Shown: positions 24,705 to 34,411 of the stretch, in pieces
Layout: each line of letters begins with the position of its first letter
Position numbering within the stretch: the stretch's first letter is position 1
Made by a program: the position numbers and the translations under genes
Notes under the pieces: generated by a model
Seen by the model: only the letters and a program-made list of their open reading frames with translations
Databases searched by the model: none
Told to the model about the DNA's origin: nothing
From: a virus
Taxonomy: Duplodnaviria > Caudoviricetes
Reading direction: 5' to 3' (one strand)
Virus record (IMG/VR): IMGVR_UViG_3300044693_000070
Span: 1,978-65,977 of that record
DNA length: 64,000 bases

Positions 24705-26576
24705 TTATGGGCGAACGGCGATGCCGAACGGGAGCGATTGTACGTTGTCGGCAGTCCACGCCTGGTTGCCGGGCGCCGTCTCAAAGATGCCGTAGCTGTA
24801 CTCGGACGTGATGGAAAGCTGCGTGTCGATCACTTCCGACTGGTTGCCGACCGGGCCGATCACCAGGCCGAGTTGCCGGTTATCGAGGTCGGATTTCTGC
24901 GCGAGCGCGACGACGCCGACCGCGATGATCGGCGCAGCGGAAGTGCCCGCGCCGTCAGGCAACGGCGTATTCGACGAGTACAGGTCTTGCTCGCCCGACG
25001 TGGACGAACGCACGTAGCTGGCGGTGGATGGCGGCAGCAGGCCGACCAGCGGATAGTGCGGGCCAGGATCGGATGCGTCCCAATCCGCGAGCACGTCGGC
25101 GGTCGGCAGGCGCAGGCCGATGCTGATCGGCTTCAAGCGCGAGGTGAGAGTCGATCCCCCGGTAGTCGTGGCGTCCAGCATGTACAGGTCATCGACGCGC
25201 GCGACGGCCCCGTTCTCGGCCGTCCACGTGCACACGTAGTCGGTCATGGTCAGTCCGGCGCTCGGCAGATCAACGGTGATGTCGAGCGTGTCGTTCACAT
25301 ACAGGTAGACCTTGTTCGCTTCCTTGTCGATCACGACCTCGTAGTAGTACCACGTGTTGCGGATCGGGACGCTCGCCCCGGCCGTGCCGAGAATCTGGAT
25401 GCCCGCAGGCCAATCCATGTCGAGAAGGCCCGCGATGCTGAAAATGCGGCCGCGCGCGGTGGCCTCGTGAGCGAAGCCGATGACCACCTTGTTCGAGGTC
25501 GTCGAGAACGTCCGCGAGAAGGTCGTCGGCGGCGCCATCGACACGTAGATCGTCGCGGTGCTGTTCGTTTGACCTGTGCGGCCGCCGACCAGGCACCAGC
25601 CGACTTGCGCGCCGCTCGACGTGTTGATGTCGTTGATCGGCACGTTGCCCGCACCAGTGAATGCCGGTGGCGTCCACGTCGTCGTGTCGTCGCTCATGAA
25701 CAGCTTCGCGCCATCGCCGCCAGCGACCCACCGACCATCGCTGACTGCCAGGCAGCGCAGGATTTGCGTCGTCAGGCTCACCGTGGCGGCCGCCCAGCTT
25801 ACGCCGCTGTCCGTGCTGCGCCGCACGTCCGTGCTGCTCACCGCGCACCACGTACCGTTGAAATACGCGATGTCGTTGACGCTGCTCGTCACGCCGAACG
25901 CGCGGTTCGTGAACGTCAGGCCATCGGGAGACGTGAGCAACTGCCCCTGGTTGCCGCCGACCATCCACACATCGCCGTAGTAGACGCACAAGTTCGGATA
26001 CGTGCCGGGGTTGTTGACGACCGTGCTCCACGTCATGCCGTCGTCGTCCGACACGATGATCGCACCGGCCGCGCCGTTCGCGCCGACAGCCAGCCAGCGG
26101 GAGCCGCTGCATGCCACGTCGTACAGGTTCACCGCACCATTCGGCGCGCTGCGCTGGCTCCACGCCTGGCCGTCCGTCGAGCGCAGGATCGTGCCGCCGT
26201 CACCGACCGCGATGAACGTGCCCGCCTTGCACTCGATGCCGCGCAGCGTGTTGTTGACGCCCATGACCAGTGCCGACCACGTGATGCCATCGACAGACGT
26301 TGTTGCAACGCCGCCGTCACCGACCGCAACGAAGCGGCCCTGCGAATTGGCGGCCACCGCGTTCAGGTTCGCCTTGATGGTGTTGACGCGCGACGACCAC
26401 GATGCGCCGCCTGCACCGGCCGACACTTGAAGTTCGAGCGCGAACGTGCCCGACTTGCGCCCGGCCGCGACGCCGAGGCCGTTACTGACCGCGTAGCCTG
26501 CGGACTGGAGTGAGGACAGAAGCGCCTGCCCCGATTGACCTTGGAACTGGTCGAAGCCGTCGATATGACGAAGCAT
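24705..26576 (-). CDS. tail fibre paralog B with N-proximal beta-propeller-like insertion
   Basis: MLRHIDGFD; repeated AVG-GG...S-DG-TW units; WYYYEVVIDK; FGI. Confidence 0.8.
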   Translation of the reverse strand: MLRHIDGFDQFQGQSGQALLSSLQSAGYAVSNGLGVAAGRKSGTFALELQVSAGAGGASWSSRVNTIKANLNAVAANSQGRFVAVGDGGVATTSVDGITWSALVMGVNNTLRGIECKAGTFIAVGDGGTILRSTDGQAWSQRSAPNGAVNLYDVACSGSRWLAVGANGAAGAIIVSDDDGMTWSTVVNNPGTYPNLCVYYGDVWMVGGNQGQLLTSPDGLTFTNRAFGVTSSVNDIAYFNGTWCAVSSTDVRRSTDSGVSWAAATVSLTTQILRCLAVSDGRWVAGGDGAKLFMSDDTTTWTPPAFTGAGNVPINDINTSSGAQVGWCLVGGRTGQTNSTATIYVSMAPPTTFSRTFSTTSNKVVIGFAHEATARGRIFSIAGLLDMDWPAGIQILGTAGASVPIRNTWYYYEVVIDKEANKVYLYVNDTLDITVDLPSAGLTMTDYVCTWTAENGAVARVDDLYMLDATTTGGSTLTSRLKPISIGLRLPTADVLADWDASDPGPHYPLVGLLPPSTASYVRSSTSGEQDLYSSNTPLPDGAGTSAAPIIAVGVVALAQKSDLDNRQLGLVIGPVGNQSEVIDTQLSITSEYSYGIFETAPGNQAWTADNVQSLPFGIAVRP

Positions 26577-26587
26577 GGATTTCCCTT

Positions 26588-27574
26588 TCAGTTGGATTGG
26601 ACGGTGATGCCGAAATCCGCAGCCTCGATACCGGCCACGGTGTCAGCGTTGTTTTTGTCGAAGAAGACGAACTGCGTTTTCCAGTCGTTGCCGACATCGC
26701 GCGTTGCAGATCGCAGATCGGCGCCAGGCTGGCCGCCGATGAACACGCCCAGCTTTGCCGCAAGCTGCGGCGACTTGCGCGCCAGGACGACGATCCCGGT
26801 GGCGATGATCGCGTTGTCGTTGGCGAGCGTTTGCCCGGACGTGAAGCGATCCTCTGCGCCGATGTCGTTCGACGCAACGTACTTGTCGAGCGGCTGCGGC
26901 GGATGCGACGACAGCGCCGCCGAATGATTGATGCTCGGGTCGGCCGCGAACCACTCCACGTTCTTGTCGGCGTTCGGGAAGCGCGTCGTGACCGCGATGG
27001 GGCCGAGCCGCGCGCCGTCGATCATGTAGAAGTCGTCGTAGCTCTTGGCCGCGTTGTCGGTCGTGCTCGGGTCGATGCCGGTCCGGTACGACAACGGGTT
27101 CAGGTAGCCGAGCGTGACCGTCACAGCCTGGTCTGCCGGTGCGCCGCCCAGCGCGAGCACCGTGTCCTGCCGGTTGTTGATGAACAGAGTCGCGGTAGCG
27201 GCCGCGCGGTCGATCTCGACCTCGTAGTAGTACCAGCGATTCATCGTCGGCAGCGCGCCGCCCGCCTGATCGTTCAGGTACGGCAGGCCGTTATCTGGAT
27301 TCGTCCACAGCACGATCCGCGTCGAGCCGATGTCGAGGAATGCGGCCGATCCGCGCCCGTTGAACTGATGCGCGAAACCGACCGCGAACTTGTTGCCGGT
27401 CCAGGCCAGCGCGCGCGACATGATCGCGTTCTGCGCCGACACGCCAGCACCGCCGAGGCGCCCCATAATCAGCGCCCACTGGCCTGTGCTGGAATACTCG
27501 GCACGCGCGAACGCGCTGGCGGGATTCTGCTCGCCTGCGAATTCCTCGAAGCCGTCGATATGAATGGTGGTCAT
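26588..27574 (-). CDS. tail fibre paralog A (no insertion)
   Basis: MTTIHIDGFE; WYYYEVEIDR; DDFY; RLGPI; FGI. Confidence 0.8.
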   Translation of the reverse strand: MTTIHIDGFEEFAGEQNPASAFARAEYSSTGQWALIMGRLGGAGVSAQNAIMSRALAWTGNKFAVGFAHQFNGRGSAAFLDIGSTRIVLWTNPDNGLPYLNDQAGGALPTMNRWYYYEVEIDRAAATATLFINNRQDTVLALGGAPADQAVTVTLGYLNPLSYRTGIDPSTTDNAAKSYDDFYMIDGARLGPIAVTTRFPNADKNVEWFAADPSINHSAALSSHPPQPLDKYVASNDIGAEDRFTSGQTLANDNAIIATGIVVLARKSPQLAAKLGVFIGGQPGADLRSATRDVGNDWKTQFVFFDKNNADTVAGIEAADFGITVQSN

Positions 27575-27585
27575 TGATCCCCCGG

Positions 27586-28305
27586 TTAGTTGAGAAGCAG
27601 CCGAATCGTGACCGCGTAGTTCTCGAAGCCATCGGGCGGGGAATCAGGTACGTGGACCGTCAGAAGATCACCGGCCGCGAACGACACGTTGCTGGCGACG
27701 CTGAACGATGCGATCACGCTGTTCGGATTGAAGGTGATTGTACCAACCTCGGCACCGTTCCTTTTCACCGACAACCGCATGATGCCGTTCGGTGACGCGA
27801 GCGCGCGGCCACTCGATCCGAACGCGTTGGTCGGCCATGTCATCGCCTGCGGCACCGAGAACGCCAGCAGCACGTCCTCGGGCTCGGGCTCGAAGCCGAC
27901 CGACACGGCCACGTCGTAGCGCGTGCCCTGCGGCGCTGGCGGCTGTCCTTCGCCCTGTGATTCGTCCACCCAAAATTCGCCGTTCCACCATATCCACTGC
28001 GACGGATTGGCGAGCCTGGCGCGCACGCCCTTCGTCGGCGTAGCGAACACCCAGGCCGTGCCGTCGTACACGGCAAGCCGGTTCTCGTGACCCTCCCATG
28101 CGAGCACGGCGCCGGTCGGCACGATATACATGTCGCCCACCGCCAGGCCGTTCACTGGCGGCACCGTCTCCGTCATCGACAAGATGTACGGATGCAGCAG
28201 CATGTCGATCTGGAGGAAGTTGGTCGATACCGGATCGCCCCACCAGTCCTCGCCGCGCAGCCAGCCGTATGAGAGTTTCAGTCGTGATGTTTCGTGTCGT
28301 GGCAT
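27586..28305 (-). CDS. DUF2793-like tail protein
   Basis: PP---AVGD-YIVPTGA--AW-G-----AVYDGTAW-F--P--G pattern; start ATG 28305. Confidence 0.75.
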   Translation of the reverse strand: MPRHETSRLKLSYGWLRGEDWWGDPVSTNFLQIDMLLHPYILSMTETVPPVNGLAVGDMYIVPTGAVLAWEGHENRLAVYDGTAWVFATPTKGVRARLANPSQWIWWNGEFWVDESQGEGQPPAPQGTRYDVAVSVGFEPEPEDVLLAFSVPQAMTWPTNAFGSSGRALASPNGIMRLSVKRNGAEVGTITFNPNSVIASFSVASNVSFAAGDLLTVHVPDSPPDGFENYAVTIRLLLN

Positions 28306-28307
28306 GT

Positions 28308-30746
28308 TTAAGTTCCCTGGTTGTCCTTCGTGTACGCGTCCCAATGACGATCCCAATTCGTATCCCAATGTCCGGCCAGTTCGGGGTTTGGATCATCGGG
28401 GTCAGGTTCGGGTGGCGGGTCCACCGGGTCCGGCCAATCGGGCGGCACCTCGGGCGGTGGCGGTCCACCTGATCCGTCATCACCTCCGCCATTATCGCCG
28501 GGGTCAGGATCGCCGCTGTTGTCGCCGCCGCCGCCCGGTGGTGGCGTCTCGCCGCCTGGCGTTGGCCCGGTGCTGCCGTTACCGCCGCCATCCTGCGGTG
28601 GAAGTTGGCCGCCGCCTGGTGGCTGATTGACCGGGCACGTGTACGACGGCAGCGCCAGCGGGATCACGTAGTTCTGCCACGAGACGAGATCGCCGCGAAT
28701 GGTTTCCAGCTTCATGCCGACCGTGACGCGGCCGCAGGCTTTCAGCAGCGTGCCCGCGCGGTAGCCGTCCGTCTTCGCCATGCCGTAGCTGTACAAGAAC
28801 TCCGTGCCGTCCACGATGGTCGTGCGCACGTTGACCGTGTACGACTTCTTCGTGGCCGAATCGAACAGCGACAGCGTGATCGACAGGCGGTACTTCTGAC
28901 CGTCCTCGGGCGCGCGTGTCGGCGCATGGTGATCGACGGCCTGGCCGCCTTGCGTGTCGCGGTTGCGATGGTTCCACGTGATGCGCGTGTCGGCGTTCAG
29001 TGCGATCACGCAGCCACGATACCAGGGCTGACCGTTCACCAGCACTTCGCCTGGCGGATACGGGCGCTCGACGCGGTGCGCCATCGCCACGCGGTCGGTC
29101 GGCACCTGATCGAGATCGAGCGGCGGACCGTAGACGGCCGGGACCATCTTTACCTGGGCGGCGCTGCCAAGTTGATTGAAGGTGTCGAGCGTGTACGGGT
29201 ATTCGGTCGGATCATTGCCAGCCGCCGCCTCGCAGAACCACACGCGCGCACCGACATTGTGTTTCGTCGGCACGGTGTCGTAGCAGCCGCGCGCAATGGT
29301 GAACGACGTGTCGCCATCACGGCCGTCGATGCGGATGAATTCGGCGTCCACCAGCGCGACCTGGCCGACCTGCACGTTCGACAGCGAGACGCCATCGAGG
29401 AACGAGGTCTTGCCGATCACCAGCGTCGTGTCGAGATAGTCGAGCGTTGCGCCGACCGTCACCCAGGGCGTGAACGCCGGATCGACGCGCTTCTGGTACG
29501 GCACGAGATCGCCGCTGTTCGCGGGCCAGTCGTAGCGCGTCCAGATCGAGTGCGCATCGGTCAGTCGGTCGGACGGGCGAGCCGCGACGGTCACGACCTT
29601 CGGCGCAACTGACGTGCCGCGCTTCTTCAACAACGCGTACGGCGCCTCGAACAGATTGCGGTTCAACGGCGTGTAGAAGTTCGTCTCTTGACCGACGCCC
29701 TGGTGCAGATTCGCCACGAACAGACCGTGCACCGGGCCGCTCGCGTCGTTCTGCGCATCGGTGAGGTTCTGCGCCGCCAGTGCGGCAAGCTGGCCTGCCG
29801 TCACGCCGTCCTGCGGCGGGAAGTCGTTATTCATTGCGTCGGTGAGGTTCTGCGCGGCCAGGGCGGCAAGCTGGCTCGCCTTGATGAAGTAGCCCTGCGT
29901 GTTCACGCGGAACGGGATCAGGTAGCCCTGCCACGAGTCCAGGCCGTTGCGCGTGGCGAACAGGGTCAGGTAGCCCTGCACGAACGACCCGATCTCGGCT
30001 TCCACGGCATCCAGATCGGCCATCCCTTGAAGCCACTGGTACGTCCACGACGCGGCGATCTTCTGCCCGCGCGCATCCGTGTTCTGCGCCATGATCCCGG
30101 TGTACGTTCGCTTGAGGTTCAGGTTCACGTCGTAGACGCGCACCGTGTACGTCGTGCCGGGCTCGGGGCCGATATCGCCGTCGTCATGGTCGATAAGCTG
30201 GTCCGCCTCGATGGTACGGTCGCGGTACGCCCAGGTGAGCACGAGGTTCGCGGCGTCGGCCGACAGGGTTTGCAGGTTATACCAGCGTGCCCCGTTGGCG
30301 TACACGCGGCCGGGCGGATACGGACGGGCGAAGCGCTGCTGGTACTTCACCTCGTCGATGGCCGACGACTGATTGATGTCGAGGCGGCCGCTGGTCGTGA
30401 ACGGGGAATACTTGATCGCGTTGACCTCGCCCGCCGTGTGCTCCTTCGCATCGGTGCCGACCACGCTGTTGTCGATGAACCAGGCCAGCGCGTTCGCGGC
30501 GTGCTTGCGTGGCACCGTGTCGGCGCAGCCGCGCTTCACGCTGACCGTTCCCTGCCCGATGGCCGTCACTGCCATCCACTCGTCATCGACCAGCACGGCC
30601 ATCCCGACCTTCAACGAGTCCGTGCGTGGGAAGTTCGCCTCGCCCAGCACCAGCGTGCGGTCGAGGTAGTCAAGCGCGTCGTGCAGCGTCGCCAGCGGCG
30701 TGAACTGCGCCTGTGTGCTGCTCGGCTTGTATTCGCTATTTGCCAT
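28308..30746 (-). CDS. tail-tip accessory module 2 (812 aa, internally duplicated, Pro/Gly-rich tail)
   Basis: Two RG-C-DT-P..RPYPP..NG units; ends HWDTNWDRHWDAY. Confidence 0.8.
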   Translation of the reverse strand: MANSEYKPSSTQAQFTPLATLHDALDYLDRTLVLGEANFPRTDSLKVGMAVLVDDEWMAVTAIGQGTVSVKRGCADTVPRKHAANALAWFIDNSVVGTDAKEHTAGEVNAIKYSPFTTSGRLDINQSSAIDEVKYQQRFARPYPPGRVYANGARWYNLQTLSADAANLVLTWAYRDRTIEADQLIDHDDGDIGPEPGTTYTVRVYDVNLNLKRTYTGIMAQNTDARGQKIAASWTYQWLQGMADLDAVEAEIGSFVQGYLTLFATRNGLDSWQGYLIPFRVNTQGYFIKASQLAALAAQNLTDAMNNDFPPQDGVTAGQLAALAAQNLTDAQNDASGPVHGLFVANLHQGVGQETNFYTPLNRNLFEAPYALLKKRGTSVAPKVVTVAARPSDRLTDAHSIWTRYDWPANSGDLVPYQKRVDPAFTPWVTVGATLDYLDTTLVIGKTSFLDGVSLSNVQVGQVALVDAEFIRIDGRDGDTSFTIARGCYDTVPTKHNVGARVWFCEAAAGNDPTEYPYTLDTFNQLGSAAQVKMVPAVYGPPLDLDQVPTDRVAMAHRVERPYPPGEVLVNGQPWYRGCVIALNADTRITWNHRNRDTQGGQAVDHHAPTRAPEDGQKYRLSITLSLFDSATKKSYTVNVRTTIVDGTEFLYSYGMAKTDGYRAGTLLKACGRVTVGMKLETIRGDLVSWQNYVIPLALPSYTCPVNQPPGGGQLPPQDGGGNGSTGPTPGGETPPPGGGGDNSGDPDPGDNGGGDDGSGGPPPPEVPPDWPDPVDPPPEPDPDDPNPELAGHWDTNWDRHWDAYTKDNQGT

Positions 30747-30814
30747 AAATCGTTTATACCGTTTATTTGGTTTGGTTCGTTTATACGGTTTATTCCGTCT
30801 AAATCGTTTATACG
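30746..30814 (-). repeat. AT-rich intergenic triple repeat GTATAAACG
   Basis: CGTTTATAC at 30751, 30778 and 30805 on the + strand; TAAATCGTTTATAC twice. Confidence 0.8.
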
Positions 30815-30815
30815 A

Positions 30816-32624
30816 TTAGCACGGATATGACGGGACGCGGATCGGCACGATGTACGAGTTGTACGACTCTACGCCATCGCGCACGGCGTTGATGCGGCAG
30901 TAGATGACCACCGTGCCGCAGATACCCAGCGCGTGCCCGGCCGTGTCGCCGTCAGCCTGTGCCCAATTGTAGAAGTAGCCGAACGTCGTCAGGTCGGTGT
31001 CCACGGTGCGCAGCACGTTCTTGACGGGCGGATCACCGGCCACTGCGGGCGGCGTCTCGTAGTAGAACTGGAGCCGCGTCAACTGGTTCGCCTCGGGCGC
31101 CACGTCCGGTTCCACGTGACCCACGAGTTGCGATCCCTGCGTCAGCCGGTTGCGTCGAGCCCACGAGAACACCATTGCCGATCCGCTGACGGCCTGCGCT
31201 TCCTCGAACCAGGGGCGCCCGTTGACGACGATCTGGCCCGGCGCGTACGGCCGCAGCGCGCGGTCCACGTGCGTGACCGGATTCTCGGGCAGATCGGCCA
31301 ACGGGATCGCCGGGCCGTACACGGTGGGCTGGAACTTGTAGACGACGGTTTCGCTCGACGTGCGGGCGGTCGGGTCGAACGAGACGGTCAGCGGATCGAA
31401 GAACCAGGCCAGCGTGCCAGCGATGTGCGGGACCGGCACGGTGTCTGCGCAGCCGCGTGCGATCTCGATCTGCCTGTCGCTTATGATGCGCACGACGCGC
31501 GCGATCTCGCCCTCGATCATGCACGCCTTGCCGACCAGCGAGGACGGCAGCGGCACGCCGTCGTACAGCGACGACGAACGCACGTTGATGATCGTTTCAA
31601 GTTCCGGCAGGCGGAAGTCCAGCGTGACCCAGGCGACGTATTGCCCGGCCTGCGGGCTCGCGCCGTTGGCGTACAGCGAGAACGAATCGGACATGCGATC
31701 TGCCGGGCGCGCGGCCACGCCGAACGCGTAGTTGCCGCTGGCCGTCACGCCGCGAACCGCATTGATGACGTACGGCGACTCGAATGCCTGCGCAGCGAAC
31801 GCCAGGTAGTTCGAGTCGAGCGGATACGCTGGCGTGACGCTGAACGTGCCGCTGTAGGTCTGCCAGGCTTCCAGGCCATCCCGCGCGGCCGTGATCTCGA
31901 ACGTGGGGTTGACCACCTCGTTCGGGTTGCCCTGGTCGTGCACTGCCTGCGCGCGCCGATACGTGAACGTGTTCGCATTGATGCCGACTTCCTCGCGCAC
32001 CAGGGCTTTCGTGACGGAGTGGTAGACGCGCATCGTGTACGTCGTTCCTTCCTCGGGTCCAATCGTCGCATCGTCGTGGCCGATAAGCTGGTCGGCTTGA
32101 AGCAGACGGTCGCGGTGGACCCACGTGAAGGTGAGCGCGGGCGTCGTGTCGTCGATGGCCGGATTCGCGTGCCAGCGGGCGCCGTTGACCATCAGCTTCG
32201 CGGGCGGATACGGCCGCGCGAATCGGAAGTCGAACGGCAGTGCAATGGGAATGACCGTCTCGGTCGGCACGCCGCCTGCCGGGGTGAACGGTGACAGCTT
32301 CAATCCAATCGTCTCGCCCGCGCTCCACTCCTTCCGGTCCGAACCGACCATGCTGTTGTCGAATATCCAGCAGATCAGACCAGCGACGTGCGGCGCAGGG
32401 ATCGTGTCGGCGCAGCCGCGCTTCACGGTGATGCTGCCCTCGGCCACGGCCACGAGCGACATGATTTCCTCTTCCACCATAACGAACATGCCCGGCGCGA
32501 CAGGCCGGGCGAAGTTGAATGTGGTGAACGGGATCACGGTCGTTTCGTAGTCCATCGCCGCGTCGAGTTTCAGGACGTTGGCGAAGGCGCCGATGCCTGT
32601 TTTCTTGTAGTCGCTATTTGCCAT
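30816..32624 (-). CDS. tail-tip accessory module 1 (602 aa, internally duplicated)
   Basis: Paralog of 28308..30746; both start MANS(D/E)YK. Confidence 0.8.
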   Translation of the reverse strand: MANSDYKKTGIGAFANVLKLDAAMDYETTVIPFTTFNFARPVAPGMFVMVEEEIMSLVAVAEGSITVKRGCADTIPAPHVAGLICWIFDNSMVGSDRKEWSAGETIGLKLSPFTPAGGVPTETVIPIALPFDFRFARPYPPAKLMVNGARWHANPAIDDTTPALTFTWVHRDRLLQADQLIGHDDATIGPEEGTTYTMRVYHSVTKALVREEVGINANTFTYRRAQAVHDQGNPNEVVNPTFEITAARDGLEAWQTYSGTFSVTPAYPLDSNYLAFAAQAFESPYVINAVRGVTASGNYAFGVAARPADRMSDSFSLYANGASPQAGQYVAWVTLDFRLPELETIINVRSSSLYDGVPLPSSLVGKACMIEGEIARVVRIISDRQIEIARGCADTVPVPHIAGTLAWFFDPLTVSFDPTARTSSETVVYKFQPTVYGPAIPLADLPENPVTHVDRALRPYAPGQIVVNGRPWFEEAQAVSGSAMVFSWARRNRLTQGSQLVGHVEPDVAPEANQLTRLQFYYETPPAVAGDPPVKNVLRTVDTDLTTFGYFYNWAQADGDTAGHALGICGTVVIYCRINAVRDGVESYNSYIVPIRVPSYPC

Positions 32625-32625
32625 A

Positions 32626-34203
32626 TCAGGGAGTCGTCGGAGGAAGATCGTCGGGTGTCGGTTCGCTCGGCTTCACGTAGATGTTGTACCCCAGCGAAAG
32701 GTCGGTCGGCTTCTCGGCCACGGTGCCCAGGTATCCGGCGTCGTCGGTGACGTACGCGAAGTCGGCGGGCTTCATCGATCCTTTCAACAGGAAGTACGGA
32801 ACCTCGAACGCGCGGTGACGACCGAGTTTCGGCTGCGTGGCCGGGCCGGTTCCGTTCGGCGGCTGGTTGCCCACGAACGATGTCAGCGGCAGGCCGAACA
32901 CGTCTTGAACTGCGGTGAGCGTGATGGTCCCGTTTTGCAGGGTGCCGTCCTCGACGCGGCCGACGCGCAGGATCATGCTGTTGATGCCGCGCACAGTATC
33001 GCGGATACGCATCACGTCGCCAGGTGCGATCTTCCACGCGTTGCGGTCCATCGTGATCGAGAAGCGGCGCAGCGCGATTGCGTTCATGCGCAGTTCCCGC
33101 TGTGCGACACGCGCGGCCAGGGCGACGGTCGGCAGGCCGTGATACGCCTTCTTCGTCGAATTGAAGACGCCCCGCGATGCCTGGAGCGACGCGAGGTTCT
33201 GTGCGTTCTTCGTGCGCGTCTCGTTGGTGATCGGGTCCACGTATTCGACGACCACCTCGTTGATCGCCGGACCCATCGCGCTCACCTCGTTTTCGTTGAT
33301 GGCGAGGATGCCGCTGTCGGTGTCGTAGATCGGAAGTGCGTTCGGATCGTAGTCGAAGCGGATCAGCTTCAACGTGATGAGGGCCGTCGCGCGGTCGGAG
33401 TAGATCACGGCGCCGATGTGGTCGATGACGGTCTGCACGAACGATTCGAGCGAGTCGCGGCGGGTCCAGCGCATGCACAGGCCGAACCCTTCGTCGTACA
33501 GCGCGTCGGCCGCCTTCGTGAACGATGCGATGTCGAGCGCGGATGCGGGCAGGCCACGGCCCCACTCGCGGTTCGTCATGCACTCGTAAATCATGTGCGC
33601 CGGATTCATCGCATGGATTTCCGGCGTCGTGACGACCACCGTTGCGTCGTACTGCTCTTGCTCGTATGGCTGCGTGCCCTGGTCGTACGCGTCGGTGATG
33701 CCGCCACCACTCGGATCATCGGGATCGACGGCGCGCGGCACATAGACCGTTTGGCTCGTCGTTACGCCGTGCAGCAGGATCATCGCCTTTTCGGGATACC
33801 ACGGATCGCCGTCCCAGCCCTTCGTCGAGCGGCGCACGCGGAAGTCCCACTTCTTCGGGTAAGCGGAGTTCGACGAAATCTGTCCGTCGTAGAAGCACGT
33901 GAACATGCGGCGGAAGCCCGGCAGTGCGTGACCAAGCATCGACACCAGCGCGCTCGGCGCGGTCTGCGTGATCTCGCCCATGAGAAGTTTCAGCGTGCCG
34001 ACGATGCCGCCTTCCGACTTGTCGCCGCCGAACAGTTCCGGCTGATTGATGCTGATGTCGCTACTGTCCGTAACGCTGCCTTCCCAGGCTTTCTTGTCGC
34101 CCACCTTGATCGCTACAAGTTCGTTCACAGGGCCGCGCGAAATGCCCATGTGGATACCGAAGCTGTACTTGTAGCCTGTGACTGGATTACTGCCCTTGCC
34201 CAT
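32626..34203 (-). CDS. tail tip/baseplate hub protein (gpJ-like N-terminal part)
   Basis: Y-FGIHMGI-RGPV...MNPAHMIYEC-T...WGRG...EGFGL pattern of phage tail-tip proteins. Confidence 0.85.
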   Translation of the reverse strand: MGKGSNPVTGYKYSFGIHMGISRGPVNELVAIKVGDKKAWEGSVTDSSDISINQPELFGGDKSEGGIVGTLKLLMGEITQTAPSALVSMLGHALPGFRRMFTCFYDGQISSNSAYPKKWDFRVRRSTKGWDGDPWYPEKAMILLHGVTTSQTVYVPRAVDPDDPSGGGITDAYDQGTQPYEQEQYDATVVVTTPEIHAMNPAHMIYECMTNREWGRGLPASALDIASFTKAADALYDEGFGLCMRWTRRDSLESFVQTVIDHIGAVIYSDRATALITLKLIRFDYDPNALPIYDTDSGILAINENEVSAMGPAINEVVVEYVDPITNETRTKNAQNLASLQASRGVFNSTKKAYHGLPTVALAARVAQRELRMNAIALRRFSITMDRNAWKIAPGDVMRIRDTVRGINSMILRVGRVEDGTLQNGTITLTAVQDVFGLPLTSFVGNQPPNGTGPATQPKLGRHRAFEVPYFLLKGSMKPADFAYVTDDAGYLGTVAEKPTDLSLGYNIYVKPSEPTPDDLPPTTP

Positions 34204-34411
34204 TGGCCGCCTCTTTCAGTTGTTGTTCTTCCCGCTTCGCACATTCGACGACCACGCTCCCCAGGTGATCGCCAATCGCAAGGATGCGCTCGGCGTCGAT
34301 GCCGTTTTTCAGGAAGTCGGGATAGTCGATGCCGTGACGCTGGAACCAGGCGCGCGCACCGCTCGCGCAGTAGCCCGCCTGGCGGATATGCTTGACTCGA
34401 ACGATGGTCAT
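34187..34411 (-). CDS. small tail assembly protein
   Basis: HIR--GYC-SGAR-WF--HGID...F---GI motif; position. Confidence 0.75.
   Translation of the reverse strand: MTIVRVKHIRQAGYCASGARAWFQRHGIDYPDFLKNGIDAERILAIGDHLGSVVVECAKREEQQLKEAANGQGQ

Noticed and set aside
29751-29880. Tandem QLAALAAQNLTDA repeat in the 812-aa protein
   Set aside because: A simple coding linker duplication; not a DGR template/variable pair (no reverse transcriptase, no adenine-specific differences evident).
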